Virus record (IMG/VR): IMGVR_UViG_3300009083_000001 | Coordinates: 1 to 36,823 of that record | DNA from: a virus | Length of the DNA: 36,823 nt | Reading direction: 5' to 3' (one strand) | Shown here: positions 1-9,029 of the stretch, one piece after another | Layout: every line of letters begins with the position of its first letter | How positions within the stretch are numbered: the stretch's first letter is position 1 | Position numbers and translations under genes: made by a program | Notes under the pieces: model-generated | Told to the model about the DNA's origin: nothing | Database searches by the model: none | Seen by the model: only the letters and a program-made list of their open reading frames with translations

Positions 1-123
1 ATAGCCGTGGATGCAGCGTTGTCGTCAATTCCCGTGGACGCGAAATTACTAATTGTGCCGCCATCGACAGCATTGCCACTGATTGAGTCGGCTGCATAAG
101 TAACGCCGGAAATCGTGCCGCCG
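1..123. repeat. Terminal overlap identical to 36701-36823 (circular closure; unique genome 36,700 bp)
   Basis: Base-by-base comparison of both window ends gives 123/123 identical. The overlap lies inside an open reading frame, so it is not an intergenic physical terminal repeat. Confidence 0.95.
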
Positions 124-1787
124 GTAATAGCAACACTACTCGCAGCCTGGGTAGCCATCGTTCCAAGGCCTAGCGTTGTGCGCTGAGCCGTAGCATCCGC
201 ATCGTCTACAAGAGCCCTGCCGGCTGTTGTGAAGTCGGCTAAGGCAGCAGTACCCGAGCCGGTAAAATAAGGGAGCTTGTTAGCAGCGCTTGTAAGTCCC
301 GCTATGGCCTGAAGATCAGCGTCTTGGGCCTGAACATTGGTACCGATTACTAGACCAAGAGCCGTCCTTGCGGCTGACGCCGTTGTCGAGGCGGTACCAC
401 CTTGAGCGACTGGAAGGGCATTTGTAAGAGCCAGATTGCCGATAGTCGCGGTATCAGTGGTCTTGTTGTAAACGAAGCCAGCATCCCCACTAAATACACC
501 ACTATCATTAAACTGAACCTGGGTTGTTGAGCCTCCCGGAGATCCGCCGCTTGCGGCCCAGGTGCCGTCAGCCTTTAGAAACTTATTGGCAGCAGCGTCG
601 CCGGCCGCTGGAGCTGGCACAGCACCCTGAGAGCCTCCAGACCCGCTATCACCGACCATGACTGTTTGCTTTGCGCCAGAAATAGCAGTGGCATTCCAGG
701 TCCCGGTATCAACCGTCCCCAGGGTGGTGACTGAAGTTTGCCCAATATAGGTCGCGGCAATGGTCGCAGTTGGATTCCCCGAAACACCGTCACCATTTGT
801 AACCGTGATTTTATCGGTGGTTCCGGTCAAGGTGCGGCCGGTGAAAGTGTCGGCAGCCGTCTGGGTTATGAGGCCATTGGTGTTAAAGGCAGCTAAAGCT
901 GTGAGCGTTGCAGCTAGGGGCTGCTTATTATTGATTTGAGTTTGGATAGCAGATGTTACGCCACCGACGTATCCAAGCTCGGTTGCCGTCACCGCGCTAA
1001 CAGTCACTTTCCCAGAAGAGTCGGAAGCTAGAGCCCTAGAAATAGTCAAATCGGAGGAGGTAATTGTGGTGGCGCCACCAGTAACAGTGGCTTGCTTGCC
1101 GGCAATTTGTGTCTGTAAAGAGCTTGAAACACCATCAAGATAACCAATTTGTACTGCAGTTACTGCCGATACGGCAATCTTGCCAGAGCCATCCGAGACA
1201 ACTGCACGGCCTGTTGCTAGATCACTCGACGTTACGGTGGTTGCGGCTCCCGTAATCGTGGCCTGCTTTGCATTAAGTTGCGTTTGGACCGAAGACGTCG
1301 CGTCTAGAAATGCGAGAGTAGTGCTGGTGACACTAGATGCCACCGGAATGCCATTGGCGTCAGAAATAAGAGCTCGAGACGCCGTAATCGCGGCGGCATC
1401 CGATATGACGCCAGAACTGTTATTGACCACCAGCGTGTTATTAGTTCCAGTAGCTAACTTGTTTCGAGTGATACCAGACGGAATATCCGCGTTAACAAGT
1501 GAGCGGAAGGTCGGCACCGCATCAGCACCGGTAACAGGTCCGGAATAAACCCTGTTTTGAACCTGAGTCGCTTTGGCGATGGAGATCGTACCGGAAGCGG
1601 TGATTGGCCCGCCCGAGGATATGAATTCAGCAGGAACATCAACGGCGACACTTGTTACCGTTCCGGTCCCGCCAACAGAAATCCAGGATGGATCCGTTCC
1701 GTCGGTGGAAAGGACCTTTCCGGCATTTCCGGTTTGATTCGGAAGACTTGAACCACCCCCTGGTGGAATATCCTGATACTGCGGCAT
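1..1787 (-). CDS. Tail fibre protein, 5' part (595 codons) of an 841-aa ORF that crosses the window junction and continues at 36700->35962
   Basis: ATG at 1787-1785 ([20 protein letters not shown]...). I read every codon of this frame down to base 1 and found no stop. It is missing from the ORF track only because it runs off the edge. Composition is G/T/S/A-rich. Three ~57-aa tandem repeats (..SRAxxSDxxGxxxxSxVTxxxxGYxxGVxSxxQTQxxxKQATxTGxATTxTSSDL) lie at about 920-1388. Confidence 0.85.
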   Translation of the reverse strand, partial: MPQYQDIPPGGGSSLPNQTGNAGKVLSTDGTDPSWISVGGTGTVTSVAVDVPAEFISSGGPITASGTISIAKATQVQNRVYSGPVTGADAVPTFRSLVNADIPSGITRNKLATGTNNTLVVNNSSGVISDAAAITASRALISDANGIPVASSVTSTTLAFLDATSSVQTQLNAKQATITGAATTVTSSDLATGRAVVSDGSGKIAVSAVTAVQIGYLDGVSSSLQTQIAGKQATVTGGATTITSSDLTISRALASDSSGKVTVSAVTATELGYVGGVTSAIQTQINNKQPLAATLTALAAFNTNGLITQTAADTFTGRTLTGTTDKITVTNGDGVSGNPTATIAATYIGQTSVTTLGTVDTGTWNATAISGAKQTVMVGDSGSGGSQGAVPAPAAGDAAANKFLKADGTWAASGGSPGGSTTQVQFNDSGVFSGDAGFVYNKTTDTATIGNLALTNALPVAQGGTASTTASAARTALGLVIGTNVQAQDADLQAIAGLTSAANKLPYFTGSGTAALADFTTAGRALVDDADATAQRTTLGLGTMATQAASSVAITGGTISGVTYAADSISGNAVDGGTISNFASTGIDDNAASTA

Positions 1788-1799
1788 TTATAACGCCCC

Positions 1800-2225
1800 T
1801 TATTTACCTAAGTAAAAATAGGTGAAAATCATTTGCAGCGTTATCACCGCCACCAGTACTGCAATCGGCCAAACGGGAATTCTTACGTAGATGTTTGGAG
1901 AGAAAGCGGGTGCCGCCACCGGATCGCCGGAAGATGTCACCATATTAACAACAGGAGCTGGCTGCTCAGGGATATGAATATTGACCACCGGGGCCACTTG
2001 CTCTGGAGCTTGTGGAATGTTGACAATAACGTCCGGGGAAGCCACCTCAAGGCGAGGCGAGAGCTCAGGCATTGTTACTGAAAGCTGAACCCCCTCAATA
2101 GCCTTGGCAATTCTGTTAAGTGCCAAGAGGAGTGGGGCCGTATCAACGTGACCGAATCCGCCGTAAAATGATTCCTGACGGTGATCTATCCCCTTAAACG
2201 TCGAGGCGCCCTTTTTCTCTGACAT
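1800..2225 (-). CDS. Hypothetical C-terminally membrane-anchored protein with a Pro-rich internal duplication
   Basis: 141-aa ORF, start overlapping the stop of the upstream fibre gene. C-terminal hydrophobic helix VWPIAVLVAVITLQMIFTYFYLG. Internal duplication NIPQAPEQVAPVV / NIHIPEQPAPVV. Confidence 0.6.
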   Translation of the reverse strand: MSEKKGASTFKGIDHRQESFYGGFGHVDTAPLLLALNRIAKAIEGVQLSVTMPELSPRLEVASPDVIVNIPQAPEQVAPVVNIHIPEQPAPVVNMVTSSGDPVAAPAFSPNIYVRIPVWPIAVLVAVITLQMIFTYFYLGK

Positions 2226-3220
2226 CAGTCACCCCACCCATGCAAATTGGTCCACGCGGCATCAAAATAACCCTGAAACCTCTTGGTGTCGGTCAGAAAA
2301 ATCATCATGCCTTCGGCAGGTGTGAGGGCATCTCTCTGGACCGCCGTCATTCGAGGCATTAGGAAGGCTCCGCTGGTGCCCGCCACCTCGAGAGTGACCG
2401 AAGCCGTGGTAGCGCCAGTCGCGCCTATTTTCGCTGTTCCTGAGTTGATTCTGGCCGTCGTGGCGATGTTATCAGAGGCGTCTATGGTGACGCCTGATCC
2501 TTTGATCAGCTTTCCGGTCGTTAAGTCGTAGCGGGGGACAGTGCTATCGACTGCTGACGCTGGACCTGCGACCTTGGTATTAAGCTGAGTTTGAATGGCT
2601 GAGGTGACGCCGTTAACGTAGCCTATTTCTGTCGCTGTAGTCGTAGCAGCTACTGGCAGGCCGTTAGAGTCGGTGACAACCGCCCGGGAGGCGGTAATAG
2701 CGGCGCTTTCTACTAAAGCCCCCCCCGCTGAAACTACCACCCGGTTGTTGTTTAAGGCCGTTGCACTATTGGTCCCCCCGTTACCAACGGGAACAACGCC
2801 GGACACGTCTGCCGAAGCAAGATCAACTGGGCCCGCAGAGAGATCGCCGGAGGCTGCCTTGACTACGCCGCTTATTGTTCCGACCTTGGCCGTTGCGGCA
2901 GTTATTTTTGCTGCTGTTACTAGGTTGCCCGACATATCAATTGTAACAGCGCTATTTTGAATGACCTTTCCAGTTGTGCCGTCAAAGCGCGCTACGGCTT
3001 CATCAGTGGAGCTGGCTGGTCCGGCGACGTCAGCAGGGCCATTGAGAAATTCGGTCCAAACTCCTCCAGAAGCATCCCAGTACCAAAGAGAGGCTGTATC
3101 AGTTACGAACACAACAGCGCCATCGACCTGGCCTACAGACGGCAAGTTGGCGGACGTGTCGACGGCATTGCCCCAGTAAGCACTCGCCCCTGTCAGAGGC
3201 AAATTGATATAGGTCGTCAT
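2225..3220 (-). CDS. Tail fibre-like protein
   Basis: 331 aa, G/T/S/A-rich. It carries one copy of the same module seen in the 841-aa fibre ([42 protein letters not shown]). Tightly packed in the virion operon. Confidence 0.7.
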   Translation of the reverse strand: MTTYINLPLTGASAYWGNAVDTSANLPSVGQVDGAVVFVTDTASLWYWDASGGVWTEFLNGPADVAGPASSTDEAVARFDGTTGKVIQNSAVTIDMSGNLVTAAKITAATAKVGTISGVVKAASGDLSAGPVDLASADVSGVVPVGNGGTNSATALNNNRVVVSAGGALVESAAITASRAVVTDSNGLPVAATTTATEIGYVNGVTSAIQTQLNTKVAGPASAVDSTVPRYDLTTGKLIKGSGVTIDASDNIATTARINSGTAKIGATGATTASVTLEVAGTSGAFLMPRMTAVQRDALTPAEGMMIFLTDTKRFQGYFDAAWTNLHGWGD

Positions 3221-3223
3221 CTA

Positions 3224-3559
3224 TTATGCTCCAACGACGCGCGTTTCCTTGGCAACGATCTCAGATGAAATGGTGCCAGCACCGCTGGTGTAAGACCAGT
3301 CCACCTGAATATAACGGTAACCAGCGCCGATGACGTTCCACACGTGGCTTGCGCCGGACGTGATAGCTTGGCTGCTATTCGCTACATCCACAAGGTTGCT
3401 GCTTTCATTCCCCGCTTTAAGCTTCAGCGTCCCGGCTAAGTTAGAGCCGGAAAAATCGACTGAAATTGCATAAAGCTGGAGGTCTCCCAGGTCATAAATG
3501 GTGCTGCCCTTGCTAGATGCGCCGTCAGTACTTGGTGCAAATAATTGCGCTACTTTCAC
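3224..3559 (-). CDS. Small virion-module protein (beta-rich), function unknown
   Basis: 111-aa ORF with a GTG start overlapping the upstream stop (GTGA). Lies between the internal-protein genes and the fibre genes. Confidence 0.55.
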   Translation of the reverse strand: MKVAQLFAPSTDGASSKGSTIYDLGDLQLYAISVDFSGSNLAGTLKLKAGNESSNLVDVANSSQAITSGASHVWNVIGAGYRYIQVDWSYTSGAGTISSEIVAKETRVVGA

Positions 3560-5199
3560 TGGTCTTCTCCTTGCATCAATTGCTCAAGAAATGAAACGTA
3601 CTGAGGGTCGTTTTTGCCGATAAGATAATTGGTGATTAGAAACTGCCTAGGTCCACGACGCAGAGCTTCCTCTAGAGGAACAGCATATTTCCCAAACGAC
3701 TGCGGCTGTGCTTTCAGGACTTGCGCAAGTTTGTTGGCGCCAGTTGCTTGAAGTGCAGAACCGTATTTTCTAAAGAAATTATTGGCGCCGCCATATGCCA
3801 CAGCAGCGACAGGACCTCCTGCCATAAGCCCAGCAGCCAATGCGATCGAGGAGGTAAGACCAAAATCACGGTTGGACTTTGTATTACCGAGTCTCTTTTC
3901 GGCCATGGCATTGGTTGTGGCAGCTGCAGCGTAGTCACGATTAGCGCCCTTAAACTCGTCAATTGCGCGCTTAGACTGACCGGGAGGTTGAGGCGCCACT
4001 TGCTTGCCGGCAAGTCGGTCGACGCCAGCAGCAAGTCTTTCGGTGTTGTCTACGGACTTATTTAGCTCGTCGCTGATGATGTCATAGATTTCTTGCTTAT
4101 AATCTTCACCAAGGCTGTCGACGTCCTTCAGAAGGCGTCTGTGCTGGGTCTTATTTTGAAGTCCTTCGCGGATGGTTCCAGGGCCTTCGGAGCCAATTCG
4201 CCTAAATTCATTCGCCAGCTGTTTGATTTTAGTTCGATGAAATTTACTGGCTGCAATCCGGTCATCTCTTGAGATGATATCTTCAATACGTTGAGCTACG
4301 TTGTCGAATTTGTAGCCAAACTCGTTATTTATTTGCTTCTCAAGGCCTTCAACTTGCCCAAGTTGCTGCGGGGGTGCAAGGCCTTGAGACTTGCTGCGGA
4401 GGCTTTCAATGGCTTGGACACGAAGACTATCGATGTTGTCGACTATTGAGCCAATCTTTTTCCCAGCCGTCTCTCTCAGAGTATCTGATCTCTTAGAGAT
4501 GTCTTCGAGGCTAGCAAGTGGCGTTACCACCTTGTTTTTCAGCAGCCATTCGCCTTGGCTATCCTCCAAACCGCTCGCTCTTAAGGCGCGGATCTCTTTT
4601 GGAGACGCCCCGGCAGCTGTGACGGCCTTTCCCCGCGCATATTTTTGAAGCTTGTCGCCGGTAGGAAGCAGCTTGCCGGCAAGACCGGTTAGCGCCGCAC
4701 CAGTGCCCGCTGAGACACCGGCGTCCCGTAGGTTGGAAAGAGTGCTTTCACCTTCGGAGGCTCCGAGCCCAGCCACGCCCGAAGAAAGAGCTGCGCTAGC
4801 GAGCTTGCCGCCTCGAGCAAGGTTGTAGCCAGGGATGAAGGCTGAGCCCACGCCACCAGCGACGTTTCCCGTTCCGTAGGAGACAGGGTTTTGTTTTTGC
4901 GCGTCGGCATAATACTTGCGCGCCTCGTCCCGCCTAGCTCTGTATCTGTCGGGCAGTTCTGTGAATTTGCTATCGCCAACAAGAACGTCCTGGGCGCCCT
5001 TGCGAGCTCCGTATAATTCGTCCAAAAAATCGTAGCCAACCCCCTGGGCTGCCCCGGCAAGTGCCGATTCGGTCTTGGAGAATTGCTCGGAATCGTCGCC
5101 AGGAGTGAGAGCCTTCGAGACGCCTAAAGCTGTAGCCCTAGAACGCCAGTCGCTTGCCGGCTTTGCTGCTGGTTTGGCTCTGCTCTTCCAGTCGCTCAT
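3556..5199 (-). CDS. Internal virion / ejection-type protein (low complexity)
   Basis: 547 aa, A/G/S/K/R-rich, start overlapping the upstream stop. Fourth of four consecutive large low-complexity ORFs between portal and fibres, the position of internal core proteins in T7-like layouts. Confidence 0.5.
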   Translation of the reverse strand: MSDWKSRAKPAAKPASDWRSRATALGVSKALTPGDDSEQFSKTESALAGAAQGVGYDFLDELYGARKGAQDVLVGDSKFTELPDRYRARRDEARKYYADAQKQNPVSYGTGNVAGGVGSAFIPGYNLARGGKLASAALSSGVAGLGASEGESTLSNLRDAGVSAGTGAALTGLAGKLLPTGDKLQKYARGKAVTAAGASPKEIRALRASGLEDSQGEWLLKNKVVTPLASLEDISKRSDTLRETAGKKIGSIVDNIDSLRVQAIESLRSKSQGLAPPQQLGQVEGLEKQINNEFGYKFDNVAQRIEDIISRDDRIAASKFHRTKIKQLANEFRRIGSEGPGTIREGLQNKTQHRRLLKDVDSLGEDYKQEIYDIISDELNKSVDNTERLAAGVDRLAGKQVAPQPPGQSKRAIDEFKGANRDYAAAATTNAMAEKRLGNTKSNRDFGLTSSIALAAGLMAGGPVAAVAYGGANNFFRKYGSALQATGANKLAQVLKAQPQSFGKYAVPLEEALRRGPRQFLITNYLIGKNDPQYVSFLEQLMQGEDQ

Positions 5200-6236
5200 T
5201 TGACCGCCTCGTAGCCATCATTTAGTGCCTCTTGGAGGTCGCCCTCTGGTATTTCTAGGGTTTCTTCACCATTGGTTACTTGCACCATTTTTCCATCCGG
5301 CTCTATTTCGCCTCCACCAGACCTAAATGATTTAGCTCTCTGCAGAGAGTCTTGGCCGGCGCTTTTCAGTGCGCTGCTTTTGTCGTGAACTTGTTGTGAG
5401 AATTTATCCAAGTCGTAATTCGTCATTGATCCAGGAGTCCACGGAGCCTTGAATCTTTGCAAGAATCCACCAAGACGCTTTGCTTCCTCGGTACCAACGG
5501 CATCTGCGCCAAAAGCAGAGTTGAGGGCTTTGAGCATTCCCTCACCATGTCTGACCGCGCCCTCAACATCACCGGCATTCACCTTCTGGTCAAAGATGGC
5601 GACTTCACGGTCAATGACCTGCGAGATTTGAGCTTTCTTGGCATAATCGGTCTCGAAACTCTTGGCCAAGTTGGTGTTGGAATCAGACATCCCAGATGGA
5701 GGGCGTCGTTGAAGCTTAGATCCCGAAGGGATCTTTGCCTGCACAAATTCGTTTGTTTTTGGATTGAATCCTAGCGGTAAATTATTTGAATCCACATAAT
5801 TTGTTCGCTGATAACTTGGTTTCTTTGATTCGGCCTTAGCAAGGAGGCCTTCATTTAACTTATTCCGACGGAAGTCTTGATCATCCAATGAGCTTAGGGC
5901 GCTGCCAAAATGTAGATCGTTATTTATCGACGTGTCTTGGTCTTGGCGCATCTTGCGACTGCTGTCATAGCTATCCTGAGCGGATGCATAATTAGCTTTG
6001 TTGAATTTGTCGTAAATTCCGCCCTCAGACGTCTTGCCTCCTAGAGATCCCATTTTCGCAGCACCGCTAAACAGTGCGCTGATCAAGTTTCCTTGGTCGT
6101 AGTTTTCTCTCGCATTGTCCATCTCGGCATCCGCATCAGGCGAGATAGCGTCTCTTTTTTTCATTTTCTCTTGAAGATCTTGGTAGAGGCGGTTTCTCAT
6201 GGCCTCTCTCTCTTCAGGAGTCCTGTAATCAGCCAT
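5196..6236 (-). CDS. Internal virion / ejection-type protein (low complexity)
   Basis: 346 aa, rich in D/S/N/K/Q, translationally coupled on both sides. Confidence 0.5.
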   Translation of the reverse strand: MADYRTPEEREAMRNRLYQDLQEKMKKRDAISPDADAEMDNARENYDQGNLISALFSGAAKMGSLGGKTSEGGIYDKFNKANYASAQDSYDSSRKMRQDQDTSINNDLHFGSALSSLDDQDFRRNKLNEGLLAKAESKKPSYQRTNYVDSNNLPLGFNPKTNEFVQAKIPSGSKLQRRPPSGMSDSNTNLAKSFETDYAKKAQISQVIDREVAIFDQKVNAGDVEGAVRHGEGMLKALNSAFGADAVGTEEAKRLGGFLQRFKAPWTPGSMTNYDLDKFSQQVHDKSSALKSAGQDSLQRAKSFRSGGGEIEPDGKMVQVTNGEETLEIPEGDLQEALNDGYEAVK

Positions 6237-7408
6237 TATGCCGTCCTCCAGAGATCGGTGTCCTTGTCTTCATCATAGTCTGCGTCCTGATACTGTGGTT
6301 TCACGGGCTTTTTATCCTGGCCGTATGCCGACGCCCCAACAGCTACCGATTCTCCCAGACCTTGAATGGCTTGATTCTTATCGCGTGTATTAGCTTGGAG
6401 GTAGTCGGTGGCTTTGTAACCGACACCAGCTTTGAGGCTGCTCTTGGCTAGCAAGTTGTCATACATCTGCTGCTTTAAGCGGTTTTTTCGGTCTTCAACA
6501 TCCATCCGGTCGCTTCTGGTGTTACGATTTTGTTGATACATCTGAGACTGAACGTTGTTGTAATAGTCCCGCTCATCGACAGTAGATTTGTTCCGATTGG
6601 CAACATTGGCGTCTGCTATGCGCTGCTTCACATCTAGATTTTTCTGCTGAGCAGTGTTGGCAAAATTGGCTCGGTTATTATTCCATTCTTGGTAGTTTCG
6701 GTTGGTGCGCTGGTTAAAGTCGTTAATGATCCCGACATTGCGCGCCTCCTCAGACATCTCACTGCTGCGTATATCGCCTCCGAGAGATGCTGACCGGTCT
6801 AGAGAATTTAACTTGTTGCGGTAACCCTCAGCAGCGGCGCGCATGCTGTCGAGAGAGTTCTGAGCCATCGAGTCAGAGCCTGCTCTAAGCTGAGCACCAA
6901 GGGCGATGCCAGAACCCGCCATACCCCGGCGATTGGCGTCTTGGAGGATAGATGCTGAGCGGCTTTGGGCCTCTCGGCCAGACCTGGCCGAGGATTCGTT
7001 AAGGGATTGCTGAAGCTCGGGATCAAATCCACCTGCAGCGACATCCTTGTATTTTCTGAGCGCATCAAGCTGGGCTTGTCGGCCCTCCTTGGCAGTAGAA
7101 CTTGCTTGGACCATTTCGGGCTTGTTCTCTTTAACAAACTCGGCGACCTGGGGAATATATTGACCGACAGACTCGTATTGCTCTGGAGTGATTTGGTCGA
7201 GTCTAAAGGACGACGGCGGGACCGTCGCAACCAAAGCTGGGTTATCCCAAACCTTGATGTCAAGATCGGGCGGTACGATGGCATCAAACATCGCCTCGAT
7301 CTCTTTAAGGCGCTTTGCTGTAGCTCCTCGGGATTTCTCGGAGTTGTAGTACTGCATGGCCGCCGTAACGGCGACTACTCCAGCATAAATAATTAAAGGG
7401 GCAACCAT
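6236..7408 (-). CDS. Internal virion / ejection-type protein (N-terminal hydrophobic helix, N/Q/R/S-rich)
   Basis: 390 aa. The N-terminus MVAPLIIYAGVVAVTAAMQYY is hydrophobic and the rest is polar low complexity. Confidence 0.5.
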   Translation of the reverse strand: MVAPLIIYAGVVAVTAAMQYYNSEKSRGATAKRLKEIEAMFDAIVPPDLDIKVWDNPALVATVPPSSFRLDQITPEQYESVGQYIPQVAEFVKENKPEMVQASSTAKEGRQAQLDALRKYKDVAAGGFDPELQQSLNESSARSGREAQSRSASILQDANRRGMAGSGIALGAQLRAGSDSMAQNSLDSMRAAAEGYRNKLNSLDRSASLGGDIRSSEMSEEARNVGIINDFNQRTNRNYQEWNNNRANFANTAQQKNLDVKQRIADANVANRNKSTVDERDYYNNVQSQMYQQNRNTRSDRMDVEDRKNRLKQQMYDNLLAKSSLKAGVGYKATDYLQANTRDKNQAIQGLGESVAVGASAYGQDKKPVKPQYQDADYDEDKDTDLWRTA

Positions 7409-7431
7409 ACTTATTTACCTATCTAAAGGTT

Positions 7432-9024
7432 TTAAAAACGGCCACCAGCGCTCATAGCGCCCTTAGCGCCCGACACTACTGAATCTGTCTTTTTTGGTTT
7501 CTTGTTAACCGGTTCCGGCTTTTTCTTCGGATTATAATTAACGCTGGTTTGGGTTGGCTTATTGTAAGAGGGGTGTCTATCGCCGCCATAATTACTGATG
7601 TATTGATCCTCTTTCTCATTGGACCAATCACCAGACTGAATTTTCTCCCGTCTATCGCTATCAGCCATAGCTTTATTAAAGATCTTTTGCGTCTCGGCAT
7701 CCTTTTGCTTCTGGGCCGTCTCACTCGCAATCGCAGCCTGGGTGGCTTTATCGCCCTTTATATCGACGATAGAGACCGGATCGTAGCCAGTGCCCGGATA
7801 TCTGGTGTCGTAGTCGGCCTTGGCTTTTTGGGCCTTGGGAAGTATTTCTTTTTGCAGCGCATTGGCGTTGAATTTATCTTGGTAAGCGTCACCGCCACTC
7901 TGACCAGCATATTTGCCAGCTTGCGGAATGTCGCCGCCACGCCCCATCAGAGAGAGAATGCTATTCCAGTTCTGGGCCTCATCAACGCCAACAAAGTCCT
8001 GCCAGTTGGTGTCGTCGCCGTCCATATTGCCGCTGAAATAACTATTAGTGTCGGCTGGGTTTTCAATGTATCCAGACAGATCTGGATAAAGCTCTTTAAG
8101 TCGCTCCGTCTCAGAGTTAACGACCGCTTGCCTTCCGCCGCCTTTCCCCGCAGCACCAGAGGCTTTTCCTAGTGCTGTATCGAACTCGGTCTCACCAGCC
8201 AAAGCCTTCTGGCGGTAGCTTTCAATGGCCGCATTAAGCGTGTCATCAACGCCGCCCTTCCACTTGCCGTAGCTGGAGTCCATTAGCTCCTGGGCTTTGC
8301 CGCGAGACGTGTTCTTTACGTCCCCCTCAGTTTTTCTAAGACCACCCTGAGCCCTTAGAGCCTCTTCTCTTGACCGGTTAAAGTCAGCGTTGCGAGAGAG
8401 CAGCGCAGTATCAAGGGCTGACTCACCAACGTTATATTCTGCGTCACCAGAGCGCCTAAACAGCTCTCTAAGGCCCGCGTCGTTTCCGAGTAGGTTGGCG
8501 TCTTGAAAGGACGTGTCCGTTGTCGGAGCAAAGTCACCCACTCTTCCGGGACCGTTTTTATAAAGATTCTGCCACTCGTCAGTGGTTGGCTTGGCTCCCT
8601 GAGCTTTACCGGTAAAACTGGCAATAGCCTCCTGATCCGCTCTTCCTGTATCAGCGTTGCTCTGGTCGTAGCGGTCATCAGCATTTTGGACGTAGGAGTT
8701 GGCCTCGTTCTGCAGCGCCTGGTTGGCACCGCCTATCTTGCTGGTGAGACTGCCGACATCGAGTGGGCTCTTCACCCGGTCTTTGTTTCTTTGAATGACC
8801 TTGTTATTGGCGGGGATCGAATTGGTTGCCTGCTGACCTCCCGGGGACGAGGAGCTACCTCCGGCTGGTCCGAGGGAACCTTCGCTCGAAGAGAGCTGCT
8901 GGGTACCGTTTGGCTGGGCGATGCCCTGGCCAGTGCCTTCAGCGGGAGCGAAGATATCGGATTGGCCGCTTTCGCTGCCTGGCTGGCCGAGTGTCTCTAG
9001 AATTTTGTCAAAGGCGTAAGGCAT
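7432..9024 (-). CDS. Internal virion / ejection-type protein (G/S/Q/D/N-rich)
   Basis: 530 aa, immediately downstream of the portal gene, polar low complexity with a basic C-terminus. Confidence 0.5.
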   Translation of the reverse strand: MPYAFDKILETLGQPGSESGQSDIFAPAEGTGQGIAQPNGTQQLSSSEGSLGPAGGSSSSPGGQQATNSIPANNKVIQRNKDRVKSPLDVGSLTSKIGGANQALQNEANSYVQNADDRYDQSNADTGRADQEAIASFTGKAQGAKPTTDEWQNLYKNGPGRVGDFAPTTDTSFQDANLLGNDAGLRELFRRSGDAEYNVGESALDTALLSRNADFNRSREEALRAQGGLRKTEGDVKNTSRGKAQELMDSSYGKWKGGVDDTLNAAIESYRQKALAGETEFDTALGKASGAAGKGGGRQAVVNSETERLKELYPDLSGYIENPADTNSYFSGNMDGDDTNWQDFVGVDEAQNWNSILSLMGRGGDIPQAGKYAGQSGGDAYQDKFNANALQKEILPKAQKAKADYDTRYPGTGYDPVSIVDIKGDKATQAAIASETAQKQKDAETQKIFNKAMADSDRREKIQSGDWSNEKEDQYISNYGGDRHPSYNKPTQTSVNYNPKKKPEPVNKKPKKTDSVVSGAKGAMSAGGRF

Positions 9025-9029
9025 TGGCT

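Noticed and set aside
1-123. The 123-bp identical ends might be a packaged direct terminal repeat.
   Set aside because: The repeat lies in the middle of the tail-fibre coding sequence, and joining the ends restores a single intact ORF. This is more consistent with circular assembly overlap or a permuted genome. It cannot be settled without reads.
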